From: Antedon mediterranea | Taxonomy: Eukaryota > Animalia > Echinodermata | DNA length: 64,000 bases | Assembly: GCF_964355755.1 (NCBI RefSeq) | Contig: NC_092675.1 | Span: forward strand, 22,974,912-23,038,911 | Direction: 5' to 3' | In this document: positions 15,401-28,678 of the stretch, piece after piece | Numbering within the stretch: position 1 is the first letter of the stretch | Layout of the letters: every line of letters begins with the position of its first letter | Made by a program: the position numbers and the translations under genes | Notes under the pieces: model-generated | Seen by the model: only the letters and a program-made list of their open reading frames with translations | Database searches by the model: none | Told to the model about the DNA's origin: nothing

Positions 15401-18400
15401 CCGTATGTGTTAAACCAAGGGCTCATAAATTTACCTACTTGCGTTAAACCAAACTCTGGCAGACTGAGAAATTGGGATGTTCCATTCATCGCAAATCAAT
15501 ACATTTGTATAATCGTATATTAAATCTATCAAAATAGTATTTTTGAAAGAAAATCGGCCTGTCTTCAACATTATGATGCTGTACTCCAGCTGTTCAACCA
15601 GTTTTCAACTATTAAAAACAATTATCATAGGAGGAGATAGGAAAATGCGAAGCCTCCTCGCATTTTTGTGGCGGGTGTTTTTCAAGATGGACATCCATTA
15701 GACAGTGTATACAACGATCGGAAAACACCCCTATTTGGGGCAAATCGTTGAACCTAAATTCGTTTTAATCGTCAATAACTAATTATCTAACTTTATTTAA
15801 TTAATAAACAGGGTTACATTAGGTGGTTAAAATCAGTACCGAAAGTACGAACCAACTTTATATACCATCGAGTAAAAATTCTAGAAGTAAGGCGCGATTT
15901 ACCGAATTTTGCCCTTACGTAAATTTATATATAGATACTAAAGATTGTATAATACTTGCAAATAAGCTGGATATAGACCATTCCATTCATTATTAGGATA
16001 GTGTATTTTATTTTCAATGCCTACTGTCCCAAAACAAAGAGAAACGCAAACAAAAGCTCAGTATTAAGTCATTGTCCTGTTGTTTATGTTGTTTGTGAAT
16101 GTGAAATCAATGCAAATGCTTACCTTCTGAAGGGCCAGAGTTTAGGGCTTGATGTGCTTGAGCTATTGGAAGGTGGTGCTGCTGAACTTGTTGACAGCCT
16201 GCTGTTTACAGTTAAATTTACAACACCTTTTTTCATTTGCTGACAGAAAAAACAATTGTTTGTAAAAGCGATTACCATTGCACACACACACTGGTCACTT
16301 CAATCTCAAGCACTGAATATAATACAAGATTAGTTGTGGTGGGCGGGGGGGGGGGGGGATTCTTGTCTATTTTGCATTGCAATAATAATGTCAATAATAT
16401 CATATCGCTATATGGTTACAAGCAAATAATTTAGGAGGATGTAAAGCCGATTTTCCACTAGGCGAATTTGTTCGCGCGAATCGAAGGCATCAGCTAATAC
16501 GCATGCGTAGAGAAGGATTTGGAAGATGTAAACATGAATACACATGCGTACAAGCTGGCGCTTTCGATTCGCGCGAACAAATTCGCCTAGTGGAAAATCG
16601 GCTTAACATTTTGCTGGTTAAAACAAGGTACAGTATTAGTTGCATATACAAATGATATAATCATAGAGATAGTAATAATAGATATGAATCATATCACCAA
16701 TATTCCAGTCATTTATCTGTCGGTATTATAAATATTAGTCCAGCAAAAAGCTGCCGTATAAAACAAAAATCAAAGGATTACGGTGTAATTACAGAATAAT
16801 GTATAAAGAAATCAGTGAAAAAACATTTGTTTGTAGTGTGGTTTTGTATACATGTAAACACTCTATTTCTTTAAACTTACTATCAGCGTTTTATTAAGTG
16901 AACATCTATGTGACAATTACATTTGGTTAATTCTGTTATCATTCAGCATATCATTTCCAACATACTGTTCTAAGCAATTTAAAACGCGTGTTTATTTCCT
17001 TATCTTCAGAAATACTTTATCTGATACTAAACAACCAACATCTTTCTTTTTACAATCTGCATGTATTGGCTGGCGTCCAACCGACATGTTGCAGATTGAG
17101 ATTTCAGAGATACTTATGTTTTCAAAAGATGCATATAAAGATTATGTAATATAAATATTAGAACGGCTTTAAATCATAAACTATTTCCTCCATCTGATAT
17201 CATCTCCTGAAGCCTTACATCATTAGTCACTATTTAGACAGTATATAATAAAAATAATATTATCTTAATCATAAAATAACGTAAACAATAAAAACTCACC
17301 TTAAATTTATTAAGTGCTTGTTTATGTGTGAGGCCTTGGAACGATTGACCATTTACCTCTAATATTTCATCGCCTGAAGAGAAAGAAAAGACCATCAACA
17401 TACTATAATTTTGTGTTGATTCCTTGCATATAAATATGTTTAGATAGTTATTTGTTTAATTATAATAAGATCACATTCAAGGTAACTGTAAATTCATTGT
17501 TACACAAGATAGATTAAAGAGGACAGGCTTTAAAAGCAAAACAAAAGTTATCAGGGTAGATTTTATTAGACTTATTTGGTCCAGTGCAAACAATTACACA
17601 CCAGTACATTTGTTGTAATACGTAGCTCTGATAACTCTGTTTTTACTGGTTTCACACACTGCTTGTAATTGATAGATGAGTGAGTGGCTGTACATGACTG
17701 TATGGATATGAGAGTACAAAGAATAAATGTATTGTACTGTAAATCATATGACAGTCTGCTCTATAATTGAATCCATTTATTTATATTAGTTTAGTTTACT
17801 ACCTTCTTTCAGTCTCCCATCTACAGCTGCTGCTCCTGCTGGAAATACTGTTTTTACATATATACTTTTGGTAGATGTTTCTGGATCTTGAGCTGAATAA
17901 ATCGTGAAGCCTAGTCCCTTGCCTAGACCTCCTTTGATCAGTGAAACTTGCTGGACAACCGAAGGCACGCAATTCTTCTGTAAGAAAATATACTAAAACT
18001 TAACTATCAGTTTAAATTGTCTTCTTATACTGTACCGTAAAAACAAAGTTATATTTGTTTTATGGGTGCTGTATTTAAAAAAAGAAAAGAGAAGAAAAAA
18101 TGTTATACTGTACTGATCAGAACCAAGTGGGAATAAAAGCTGTTTAGTACAGGAAAAAATTCTATACAATCAACTGTATACAATTCTACAAAGTACAGAA
18201 CTGCATAAAGACATCCCACTTGATTTCAAGCACTCCTGGAAATGATGTGAAAAAACAATAACGCAACTAAAGTTGTAAGAAACGAGATTGTAACTCTGTA
18301 TTTTACCATACAATCACCAGCTATTCTGTATTGTGTGAAAATATCATTAGGCAAAGTGGAAGAATATGCTTAAATGGTTTTAATTTTGTTTAAAATAATA

Positions 18401-21400
18401 TAGCATAGATGTTTTATATTGTTGTTAAATATTACCCTTCCTTCTCCTCCACCCACCTGTCACATTGCACTATGAACTTTTAATTGCAATGAAATTTGAC
18501 ATACAGATGTATTGTACAAATTGGGGAAAGTGGATTATGTATCAAATGTGAGAGGCCATATGTACAGTATATGTCATACTGCATAGTTATAGCGAGGCTA
18601 CATAACCACAATATTAAATTAAAAGGCCACCTTGGGTATTAAAGGATGTCATCCAAGGTTCTATAGTTTAAAACATGATATAAAATCATATATCATCAGT
18701 ATAGGATCATAATCAAACCAGTTAGAGCTTGCCCACTAACTGTCGTAATGAGCATTATAAGTACCAGTGTTTTATAAGGCTGGGTGTGTAAGTAGCTATC
18801 AAACAGAATTAAACAACCATCATGTACAGTACGATCTAATATTCCAACATTCTTTCTTACTAAATAAAGGTATCAAATGTAAAATGTGTAGCACTTAAAA
18901 AGGAGCTTCTGGAAAATCAGCCATTTTAGGGTTCTAACCGTTCTAATAGTTCGACTAACCGACTATTTTTAATATGCTTTATATTAGTAGCTAGATGGTA
19001 TCTAAAACAAAGTTACTTTCTATAAGTAAGAAATATTTAAAGTATTCTGTATAGAATTAACACAAAAGAAAGCTCCTAATTAATGAAGTCAAAATTATGA
19101 ATGCTGATTGCTCTTGTTGATGACTCGAGGTCAAAAGTGCAGACTACAGGATGTCCTAAAATAATTAGAGCTGGTGATGTGCCAGTCCGTGTTTACATTG
19201 TTCATGACAAAATTTAATGTTGGACATATGCTCACCTTCTCGCCTGCATGTGGTGGGGGTGGGGGTGGCGATGACCAGTCTTTTTCTGCTTCGTCTGCAG
19301 AGTTCAATGCAAAGTGGTTGTGTGACCTTATTGATGAACTCAAGACACTAGGACAGGAACTATTTTCTGAAGTATCAGATGAGCCTGACGGAGACCGTTT
19401 TAGCTTATTCTTTATCTTGTGATAAAAAAAAGAACAAATGTAAATAATTAGGTAATTTTTAGCTTGAAGGAGTAAAAATGTAATGACCATGTTTAAGCTT
19501 GGTTCCTACAGAAGGTATTTTGACCCTACATGAATAACCGACTGTCAAATGATGTTTCGATTGGCAATACATTTCATCTGAGTTGGAACCAAACTTTAGA
19601 GTACTAAAATGAAGTCAGGCCTATTACTAGAAGAAATTTGAAGTGATAGCATAAAAGTTAGAATGCAGAGTTTTTAAAACTGAATTATTAATGGAATAAT
19701 ACACTAATAGTGTACAATGTATCATTATATCTCTTTTTTTTTAAATAAGTGTTGAAACAATTAAAAATGACTAATAAACTAGATATATTAGTAGACGTAC
19801 AATTCAAAATATTTATATCTACATCCTCTATAGTTGTCATACCCTTATTCATCCCCTACATATATCATGTTCACTTGCCAGTTAATGGAAGTGCCGGATG
19901 TCTGACGGAACAAACCAGACCTTCGTCAGTCAGAGTTGACCTGCCTAGGTCAATAATTTTATTGTCTAATCAGAGATAACGATCATTTTTTTTTCGATAA
20001 AAAGGGCTTCTTATTTAGTCAGTGATCAGCTACAATTTTTTTCTTTTTTTTTGTATTATCAATTTCCACACATCAAACATATTTGATATTAAAGTAGTTA
20101 ACAATAATAGATAATAGACTTTTTATTTCCACGATAACAAAATTTAAAATATCTTTGGAGCTTTTTTGAATGAATTTAAACTGTTAATTTATTGATAAGT
20201 ATTCTTAATTGTCAATGTTACACAATGATGAAATGAATTATTATCTTACAATACATACTGTACAGTACTGTATCTACAGATTAAGTTATTTTTAGTCTTT
20301 AAATCAATCATTATAAAAGTGAATGTGAAATAATTTGAATCATAGAAGCCGCAGAGAATACACTTAAAAGAATAGAATGCATATCTTTATATCAATTTCA
20401 CTTCTCTTTTATTTTCTTTTTTTGTGCGTGCTAATTATAAATGTTAATTAATATTTTAATAAAGTTGAAATGAAATCAATAGAAAACCCCACATTTTATA
20501 AATGCAATTAATCATTAAAGTTGAGTCACGTCCTATAGGGAAATCAACACTAAGAATGTTTCCTTGTCTTGTATAGCATTTAAATGCCAAGAAAATTCCA
20601 ATCCCCCATGAATGCTTGAATTAAAGGGTGCTACATGATTTAAGATTTCTATCATTGATTATAATAGCATTGTACATCACGATGGAGGATATGTAAAAAT
20701 TCCTATGCTTGAGTATCAAATAAATATAAACCAAATTAAAACAGCTACAGTAGAGTACGGTACAAAAAAATATACATTTTTTTTATGGCAACATTGTCTA
20801 AAACCTGTTATGTATATCAATCATCAACCATCTCCTCCACGTCTCACCCACCAACCTCTTTTAAAAATCATGGATCCAACTGTAGCCCCCACCTCTCCAT
20901 CTACAGTATTACATTGAGGTGTGTCATACGTGTGTAAGCACTTAACGCCACTTCACAAATTACTTATCTAATAGCACACGCTAATGTATTGTTGTTAATA
21001 GATAACTGCACTATAAGAAGTTCAAGGAATTAAGTCTATTTTTAGGGTACATGTCAGTTTACGTCAGAATAGGGGCCTGTAGTGGGCTGGCACGAATCTC
21101 ATGCTAACAAAATAATGAGGGAAGTCTATACTGAAGAAAGTACTGACATTATCTATACATTGCTACATTCAGTGTTCATTTATTGAACGCCAACACATGT
21201 TCATATTATTGTTGGCATTCACAATTTATGCATTTAAAAAAATAAAATTTCTTCATACTGTTTTTGGCAAAGAAAAATAGAGAACATGTTAGGAGTAAAA
21301 TTGACCAAAGTACAAATTAAAAAAGTAATTCAAGCAAATTTGAGAAAAATCATAAACAGTGCTGATTGCAAGATCAAGACCATTTCTTGCTTGGTCCATA

Positions 21401-24400
21401 CTACAGTAGGACGCAACGCATCTATGAGAGTGCAATCTGTCCAATCACAAGCGCTTGATTATCCAAACTGAAGCTTGTTATTGGCCAGCTTTCTTGTGTT
21501 GCACTTACAGCCTTGCATTGCATACTGGTGGGAAGATTTATACATGACACTTTACTTAGGTTTGGATCTCCATCCCTAATATTGTAAGCAATACAAGTAC
21601 AGTTAATTACTTTTTAGTGAAAACAAACTATACATTCTATATAATTCTTTAAAGGCAATTTTTATGGTAATCCTTAACTTCAGACTACAGACACCTACTG
21701 TAGACTATTTGGTAATTTAATGACAACCTACCAAATGGATACTTTAAGTTTATGAGTTCATAGTGTTAAGTATAACTAAAATATCACTTCACTTGCTCTA
21801 ATGAGTAGAAATGTACAGTAGCAAAAGTGACAAGTACAATTTCCTGATAAAGTACACATGATTTCACCCTCATAATTAGTTAATTTATATCGTTATTGAA
21901 TGGAGTATTACTGTTATTTGACAAAGCTATTTCATTGAATTTTTAGTTTGCATGCTAACACACACCTTGGGAAGTTAGTGTAATTTATTCTAGATTCAAG
22001 AGGATGGTTTGACCATCTGTGACAATTTGTTGTTCATTTTTTTTTTTAGTTTTCGCAGTAATAATAAATCATGATCTTTAGATTTCATAAGATTTTTTCC
22101 TAAAATACACCCTTGGCCAGCATTCTAAAAATTTTGTTTTAAGAATTGTATTTGTTTTTTTTTTAATTATAGACAAAAATATTCTGAAACATCATGTGGT
22201 TATTGTGAGACTAAAGTACACCATGTGTTAATAACCTAAATTTCATTTTGGATTTTTGTAATAAACATTGAAATCAATGCCAATAATGCTACATAGAAGT
22301 TTATATACTGTGCACATTAATAATAGTTTATACGATGTACGACAACAAGTTTCAAAAACGATTTCTGAAAATATCAATACTGTGATTTATCAGTCAATAA
22401 CCATAACTTAATTTAATGTTTAAAAAAGATCTGATCTACAGTAAAGAATACTACAGGGTAATAACTTCAGTCTGGTACAGTTCTTTGCCAAACATGCAGT
22501 TTAGTAATATTTAGCAAACCTGACACAAAAGTACAAACATGACTCAGTATCAACAGAGACTGAGATTAAGGATAATATTACATGCGCATGTTTTTTGATG
22601 TACATACACTAAACATATTAAGTGGTACAGCCATGGAAAATTATAGATCTTTGCAGTGTACTACTAGTGCTGGTGATATCCTTATGATAAGCTACAATAC
22701 AAACATTATTGGCAGCAAAGTCAAATTACATTACACGATTCTTTATTTTATGATTTTTAAACTTCTAAAAGTGTTATTTACTACTGATCATGGAGCAATT
22801 GTCCAAATAATTCCTCCATGCTATGATTAACTTTTGTTTTCAGCCAATTCTTCATCGCATTTCATTCATCATGCCTATTTTAAGCTATTTTGGAAAGTTA
22901 CAAAATCTTTCAGGCCACTTTTTGTAATGTCTGTAGAGAAGAAAGGGACATCATGGAGAAGCCAATTAAACAGGGTTCCTTGACAGCTATGCCAAAGCAC
23001 TTCAGCACCAATAAAAATAGAAAATCCTGAAGGGATTTAACCATCAGAACAGTACCTGCACAGTTTGATAAAAATCTGACATTTGTAGAATGAAGTGTTG
23101 CAAAGAAAACCACTAAACAGAATCAAGTTTAAAATACTTAATCACGTACAGTAGGCAACCAAGCATGTGTTCCTTCCTTCTTACAAAAAAATTTCCCACC
23201 AGTAGCATACAGTAATGTTATTAGTATTGGAATATCGAGGGAAACTCCCAAAGTAATGGTTTGAAGTGGTTATTATGATGTTTAGTAAACAAGTTTTTTT
23301 GTTAATGTTAACTGTACATTGATAGGTTGTCCGTTTCTTTAGTAATTGCCTAACTGCAAGCACAGTGGTAAAAAAAATGTAAACAAGTTTTCTTTTACAA
23401 TAAAAAAAAATGTTATAAAAATGTAAACCTCTGTTGAAGAACTCGTACTGTAGTTCATTGAATGAAAATGAGTGAAATGCTATCTGTTTATGTAAATACC
23501 CACTTGAACAATGGATTAATATTATGGGATATTAAACTCACCTTGCGTGCAATAACAAGTTGCACAACGTTTCCCGCATTACGCAGGATGTCGACGACCT
23601 CGTTGTGTGTGACACACATAAGATTATGTCCATTAATCATCAGTATCTCGTCTCCCTTCTGAAGTCGGCCATCCCTAGAAAATTATTTCAAAAATATATG
23701 ACCTTAATATTATAAATTGTATAAAGTCACCTATTGAAATAAAAATAGAATGAAGGGATGTGTAAACATTAGCACTGAAGAGACGGTTAATAAATATTTC
23801 CTAATGATTTCATATGGTGGCGAGTATTTATTTTTTAATACAATTTTCTCTCATCATTATCTGTTTTCCCCTATAAATAAGCCAATATAAAAAGTCATGC
23901 CAAACTCTACAGTATATCATCAAAGAATCTAGAAAACGCCCATTAACTATAATATTAGAACAATACATATGTTTTTGCAATTCTTGATTGTGTATTTTGG
24001 TATCATTTGTGACTGTGTGTATTTGTATAGTATCTTGTTTTAATTTTTCACGCCATTTTCAAATGTATTTCCATTTTATATTACTATGGACAATCAAACA
24101 ATATCAGTATCATAAGTATCAGATTGCCTTATATTTTAGATTCCATATTTCTAGTTTTTAAGAGTGTACAAAAACACTCCGAACAATAATTTTATAATAA
24201 ATGCTGTGGAACCACTGATTAATAAATTGATAAAGAAAAACAATAGAAAAAAGTATATTGTATACAGTATCTGTGTAAACTATTCAAATCCATACTACAG
24301 TAGTTACATTTTAGCATTACTCAAAATAGGATGCAAGGATAACGCATACAATGTATGATGCAAATAATGATACCATACTATAGGAATTACGAATATGAAA

Positions 24401-27400
24401 TGGGGATCAGCTCAAAAGTTTCACAAATGTGTGACGTATCCGTTTTCGTTATCGTATTCGTAAGATTGCGAAAACTTCCTAATATTCATTTTTTACCATT
24501 ATCATAAATAAATTCATCCATTACTCACATCTGTTGCTATTACTGTTACTTTAGTTAGAGGAGATACAAAGTAATTATGCCTCAAATTAATACAGTATTC
24601 ATTTTGAACTTTTGTACACTGTATTTATATATTTTTTTAAAAATATATGTTAATACACAATCAACAGGTATAATTCCTAAGAACAATTTACATTATCCAC
24701 AACAAAAAATTAAATAAAAATGAATGATTGAATCTCAGTGTAATTTTCTTTTTATTTGAAGTTTATATTTTTCTTTATATTAGTTACAATCATCAAATTT
24801 ATAAGAATGTACAGTATGACCATGTTGGGATGCCACGGTGAAAAATACTGTAATATAACCATCAAACATAGATTCACAAATACCTTTCTGCAGCTTTGTC
24901 CTTATCAACCCCTGCTACAAATATACCGATATCCCCTTTCCTTGAACCTTTACCCCCGGCAATCTGAATTCCGAGGCCTCCTTCACCCTTCACCAAATGC
25001 ATTTTTACAACTTCCCTTTTCTATGAAAAAAAGAAACCAACAAAAATGAATCATCATAACATTATTCAGAAACTGACCAATTCTCAGTACTTGATAGGTA
25101 CCATAAAAAAAAATATCCCAATAATAAAAATATTTATTATGCAACTCCAAAAAAAAAAAGAAGATCATTTAGCGCATTGAATCATCACTGTTAAGACAGT
25201 GGAACCGTAATTACGTAGCCATAACATCGGCATGGTTCGAGGCTCACTCACTCCATGGTTCTGGTGGTAGAACAAAGAATAAAGACTATAAACCGAGGTC
25301 CACTCGTGTGCACTTTAAAGAACCTAGTACATCTTTCGAGACAAGTAGGGGGTTACCCCGGTTTATTGATACATCACAGCCACTGATCATAACTGGGCCC
25401 TCTGGGAGACCAGTCTTTGACTGAAGAGGTTACCCAGTATAAATATTTCAATTCAATCAATCAATTTTCCTAAATAAATGAGTTTTTAAATTAATTAATG
25501 AATCAAAAGTGTTACTGTTAATAGATTTTGTGATCATCCTCATCTTGATATAATGAATTTGAGGTGGTTTGGATTATTAACCTTGGGAATACATTGCACA
25601 TTTGAAGTGCACACTTTACCCACTTTCCACCTACTTTGCACACTTTATGCAGTTTAGCAAAAACTGGCGAAATGTTATTAATTCTTTCAAATGTCTAAAT
25701 AAGGTGGTAGATGAGGTGGTTTGGATATTAACCTTGCGAATACATAGTGCATTTGAAGTGTACACTTTACCCACTTTTTAGCCTACTTTTTCACACTTTT
25801 GGCAGTTTATCAAGGCCTACCTGGTGCAATGTTATTTATTCTTGGAAAATGTCTAGATAAAAAATAAACAAGTCTTGTACCCTAGTACTACTTAGTACTG
25901 TAGGTAATATCTACTGTAAAGCAGTTTCAGTTAAATCTGGTTTTAATTTTTTATAGACAGAAGAGCGCCAAGGCCAAGTATAATCTAATGATTCAATACA
26001 AGCAATACTATAGGCTTCAGTTTGTTAAAAAGTTGTAACTACACACAAGGTGATATTTGGAAATTACATCCCCATTTGACCTAAATCACATGGTATAACA
26101 TTTGGCAAGAATTAGGGTGGGATTAAACTGACAAGTTTCAGGCCACAGTTCCTATCTTAGTTCATTGACTGTAACAGGCCTCTGAATCTGTAGGCTGTCT
26201 ACATTTGGACAATGGTTGGAACATAAATAATGAAATTATGGAAATCATATTTGAACTGAACAATGTCTGAACTATAAACGCAGTAGAAGATGAATGAATG
26301 TAAATTGTAATGAAAATGTTCCTTAAATATTTATTTCATTCACAATCATAAACAGAACAGTAAGTGACAATGACTGAATTACTGCAGAACAGTAAGTAAC
26401 AATGACTGAATTACTGCAGAACAGTAAGTAACAATGACTGAATTACTGCAATGAACAATAGTAGTACTGTAGTATGATTTGAAGAAAAAAAACCCAAAAA
26501 TTAATCAATGATGATGATTAATTAATGATCAACACCAGAAAAAGAATCAACATTTTAAATATTTCACATCATGAAAACTTTAAACAGGGACATGAATTTT
26601 GATAAATTCAGTATTGCAGATATTGTACAGTAGTAAACATTGTGTTGAAGGCAATCTGTTCAATTTGCACAAGTAACAGGATTACAGATCTAGTATTACA
26701 GTAAAAGTAAAATAATACCATACTCCACAATAGTAGGCAAAATCAATATCTGTTGCAATCAAACAAAAGTATTTAACACAGGTTGTGGAAACTACTGTAT
26801 ATTTGGTTGGCAAACAAAACGCGAATTGTAATCAATCAGTGTACAGACTAATACATAATACTCAGAATAACAGTATTATTGTGTTATGCAATGTGTTTGT
26901 ATTATTTCACACTATCTTAGAGCTCCGTTCTTAAAGGCTATTAAATTTAATAAAGTAAAAAAAAAATATCTGAAAACAAAGGTTTAACTGAAATCATAAC
27001 TTGTAACATTTCTCTTCCTTTGCCACTTTCTTCACATTATTCAAAATAACAACCATTTTCTTCAATTTCAAACACACAATAATGGAGTAGGTTGAACACA
27101 CTACTTTGGGGATGACAAAAATAAGCCTTCATTAGCAATTATAAAAAAAAATGTTATAGCCATACTGTACCTTTTTCTTTGCTTGTTGAGCTGCGTGTGA
27201 GAGAATAGAATCAGTTCTCACCACTTTTTGTGGTGATAAGGGTGGCAAGGTTTCATCAATTTTAACTGTTTTCAATGGTGGTACATCTGTTTGCTGAAGT
27301 TCAATCGTGTCCTCAAAATCAACATCACTTTCTGGCGGTTCATGTCTACGTTTTGTTCCCGACAAACGCTTTTCTTGATTACGGTCAAATGAATTTTTAT

Positions 27401-28678
27401 CAATACTAGTTCCGTAAGGAGACAGAAAATTCCCGATGTTGTTTGGGTCAAAGTTTTCCTGACTCCAGTCCATCATTACTTTACCACCAACATCGTTTTT
27501 TTCAATCCAGTTTTGAATGTCTCTTTTCTCGACTAAAGCACCAGGTGGACATGTGTCATGAGGTGGTGATGGTGCCTTACGTTTACTTTTTCTTAATACT
27601 GTAAGACACAGTTTACCTGCACGTAGAGCACTTTCTAATAGAAATCTGTACATGAAAAATGTATTGTTAATCAAATTCAATTACCTTATCTAATGTACAT
27701 GAATCGATAGAGCAAAGCATAATGTAAACTGTACTTTTTCTTGAAATATACACAATTACATTTGGTAATATTTAAATTGTTATTTAATTTGTATTAAAAA
27801 GCATTAATCATGAATACTTAACTATTACACTAACTGTACTTTTCTTTTTAAAACAGAAATTCATAAACTGTGGACATTTAAAAAAATTGAATAACGTGGG
27901 GATAATTTCTAAAGTTTCAACAAACTGTTGTTTTTTAAACAGAATACAATGACAAATTATTGAAATAGAAACCGACAGTTGGTATGGTAGTCTATAAGTG
28001 ATGCTCCATCAGGATAAACTGACAATAGCCAAAGCTCTCCCGAGGTCCTTTTATGGACCCTTTTACAATTATCAACAGTTTATTACCAAAAAAGAAATGG
28101 TTGGCAGATTAGTTGTAGGTGTGGAAAAATATTTTATACATTTCCTATTATACAGTACAGTACTATTTTCTGTTTATCAGGGTAAGCTAATCATGAACAT
28201 TTATTAATATTAGACATTTTATTTTTACATACTTAGTCCTTTCAATGGAACATCTCTCTAATACTTTTTCATTTATCTGTAAAATCTCATCGTTAGCTTG
28301 CAGCTGCCCTGTTGCAAGACTATCCGGTGTCACTGTCTTAATCCTAATATTGCCAACCAGGGGTTTATTCTTTAAGAAAGAATAATTTTGCAGGCTTCTT
28401 TCTGCTTTGAGTGATATTCCTAATTCCTGTATGGAAGGTGGAGGGTTTCTGAACACGGCAACATGTATTTCTTCTCTGTCTCTTCTTTGGGCATTCTTTG
28501 GTTCATCACCCTTATCAGGACTTCCACCTGCAGAATCAATTCCATTGAGGAAGAGCTCGAGCACACGTACACTCTGGTTAACATCATCCTGGATAGACAC
28601 TGGTTCTGATTTTAGATCCTCTTGAAATTCACGTAGAAGTCTGAGGCACCTTTGTGCATTTGCAGCACTGATCGGCAT
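1..28678 (-). CDS. PDZD2: PDZ domain-containing protein 2 / pro-IL16-family multi-PDZ scaffold (spliced; continues beyond position 1)
   Basis: Exons (minus): 28678-28233, 27645-27171, 25020-24884, 23674-23542, 19415-19236, 17977-17803, 17373-17300, 16239-16124, 10531-10293, 10077-9960, 9615-9483, 7781-7752, 6201-6006, 5357-5293, 3468-<1. All junctions are GT-AG and phase-compatible. N-terminus [15 protein letters not shown] resembles PDZD2 (MPITQDNA..). PDZ repeats include [46 protein letters not shown] and [53 protein letters not shown], close to PDZD2/IL16 PDZ domains as recalled. Confidence 0.85.
4810..4945. mobile_element. pogo/Tigger-type (Tc1/mariner) MITE, diverged
   Basis: TA|CAGACAACTTTCCC ... 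GGGAGAGTTGACTG|TA: imperfect TIR, TA TSD. Confidence 0.7.
5779..5957. mobile_element. pogo/Tigger-type (Tc1/mariner) MITE
   Basis: TA|CAGTCAACTCTC ... GAGAGTTGACTG|TA: perfect 12-bp TIR, TA TSD. Confidence 0.8.
6271..6527 (-). mobile_element. tRNA-headed SINE with adjacent CR1-type 3' tail
   Basis: Minus strand: GGAGCTGTAGCTTGGTGGTTAAC (A box)..GGTTCAATC (B box, interrupted by a hairpin insertion); tail CTCATCCTGTAATTGG..CTGTTGGATGAG..AAATAAATAAAATAAA at 6332-6271. Confidence 0.6.
6444..6466. repeat. Micro-hairpin insertion with 7-bp TSD
   Basis: ATTGAGC|CATGGAGGAA ATA TTCCTCCATG|ATTGAAC. Confidence 0.8.
7752..7781 (-). CDS. PDZD2: 30-nt symmetric microexon ([10 protein letters not shown]) of the PDZD2-like gene
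   Basis: ttagcag|GACACT...TCTAGT|gtaagt; phase 0-0 between phase-0 neighbours; strong donor; GC-richer than its flanks. Confidence 0.6.
8425..8717. mobile_element. PIF/Harbinger-type MITE
   Basis: Perfect 28-bp TIR AGCCTGGTTTCCATAAAATCGCTACACC; TAA TSD on both sides; CpG-rich, so probably young. Confidence 0.9.
12856..12879. repeat. Micro-hairpin insertion with 7-bp TSD
   Basis: ATCAAAC|CATGGAGCTAT TT ATAGCTCCATG|ATCAAAC. Confidence 0.9.
13012..14186 (-). mobile_element. Non-autonomous Helitron, copy 1
   Basis: Minus strand begins A|TCTATATATAAATTTACG and ends with hairpin GGTACGCGAGCGAAGCGAGTGTGCC + ATCTAG|T; no TSD; similar to the copy at 14760-15935. Confidence 0.8.
14760..15935 (-). 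mobile_element. Non-autonomous Helitron, copy 2
   Basis: Same 5' TC and 3' hairpin-CTAG ends in an A|T site; aligns to copy 1 apart from central indels. Confidence 0.8.
16445..16603. mobile_element. PIF/Harbinger-type MITE (near-palindromic)
   Basis: 41-bp perfect TIR AGCCGATTTTCCACTAGGCGAATTTGTTCGCGCGAATCGAA; TAA TSD. Confidence 0.9.
19496..19595. mobile_element. Degraded Harbinger-type MITE
   Basis: TTA|AGCTTGGTTCC ... GGAACCAAACT|TTA. Confidence 0.5.
25190..25462 (+). mobile_element. tRNA-derived SINE with Deu/Nin-like central domain
   Basis: B box GGTTCGAGGC; core TAAACCGAGGTCC..TTAAAGAACCTAGTACATCTTTCGAGACAAGTAGGGGGTTACCCCGG resembling the DeuSINE/Nin domain as recalled; (TCAA)n tail; same family as 51003-51312. 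Confidence 0.75.
25560..25860. repeat. Diverged tandem duplication, ~150-bp unit x2
   Basis: GAGGTGGTTTGGAT..TTAACCTTG..CATTTGAAGTG.ACACTTTACCCACTTT..AAATGTCTA at ~25560 and ~25712. Confidence 0.8.
26353..26450. repeat. 32-bp minisatellite x3
   Basis: CAGAACAGTAAGT(G/A)ACAATGACTGAATTACTG repeated three times. Confidence 0.95.

Noticed and set aside
26353-26450. 32-bp repeats of CRISPR-like length
   Set aside because: Head-to-tail with no spacers, in a eukaryotic intron; an ordinary minisatellite.
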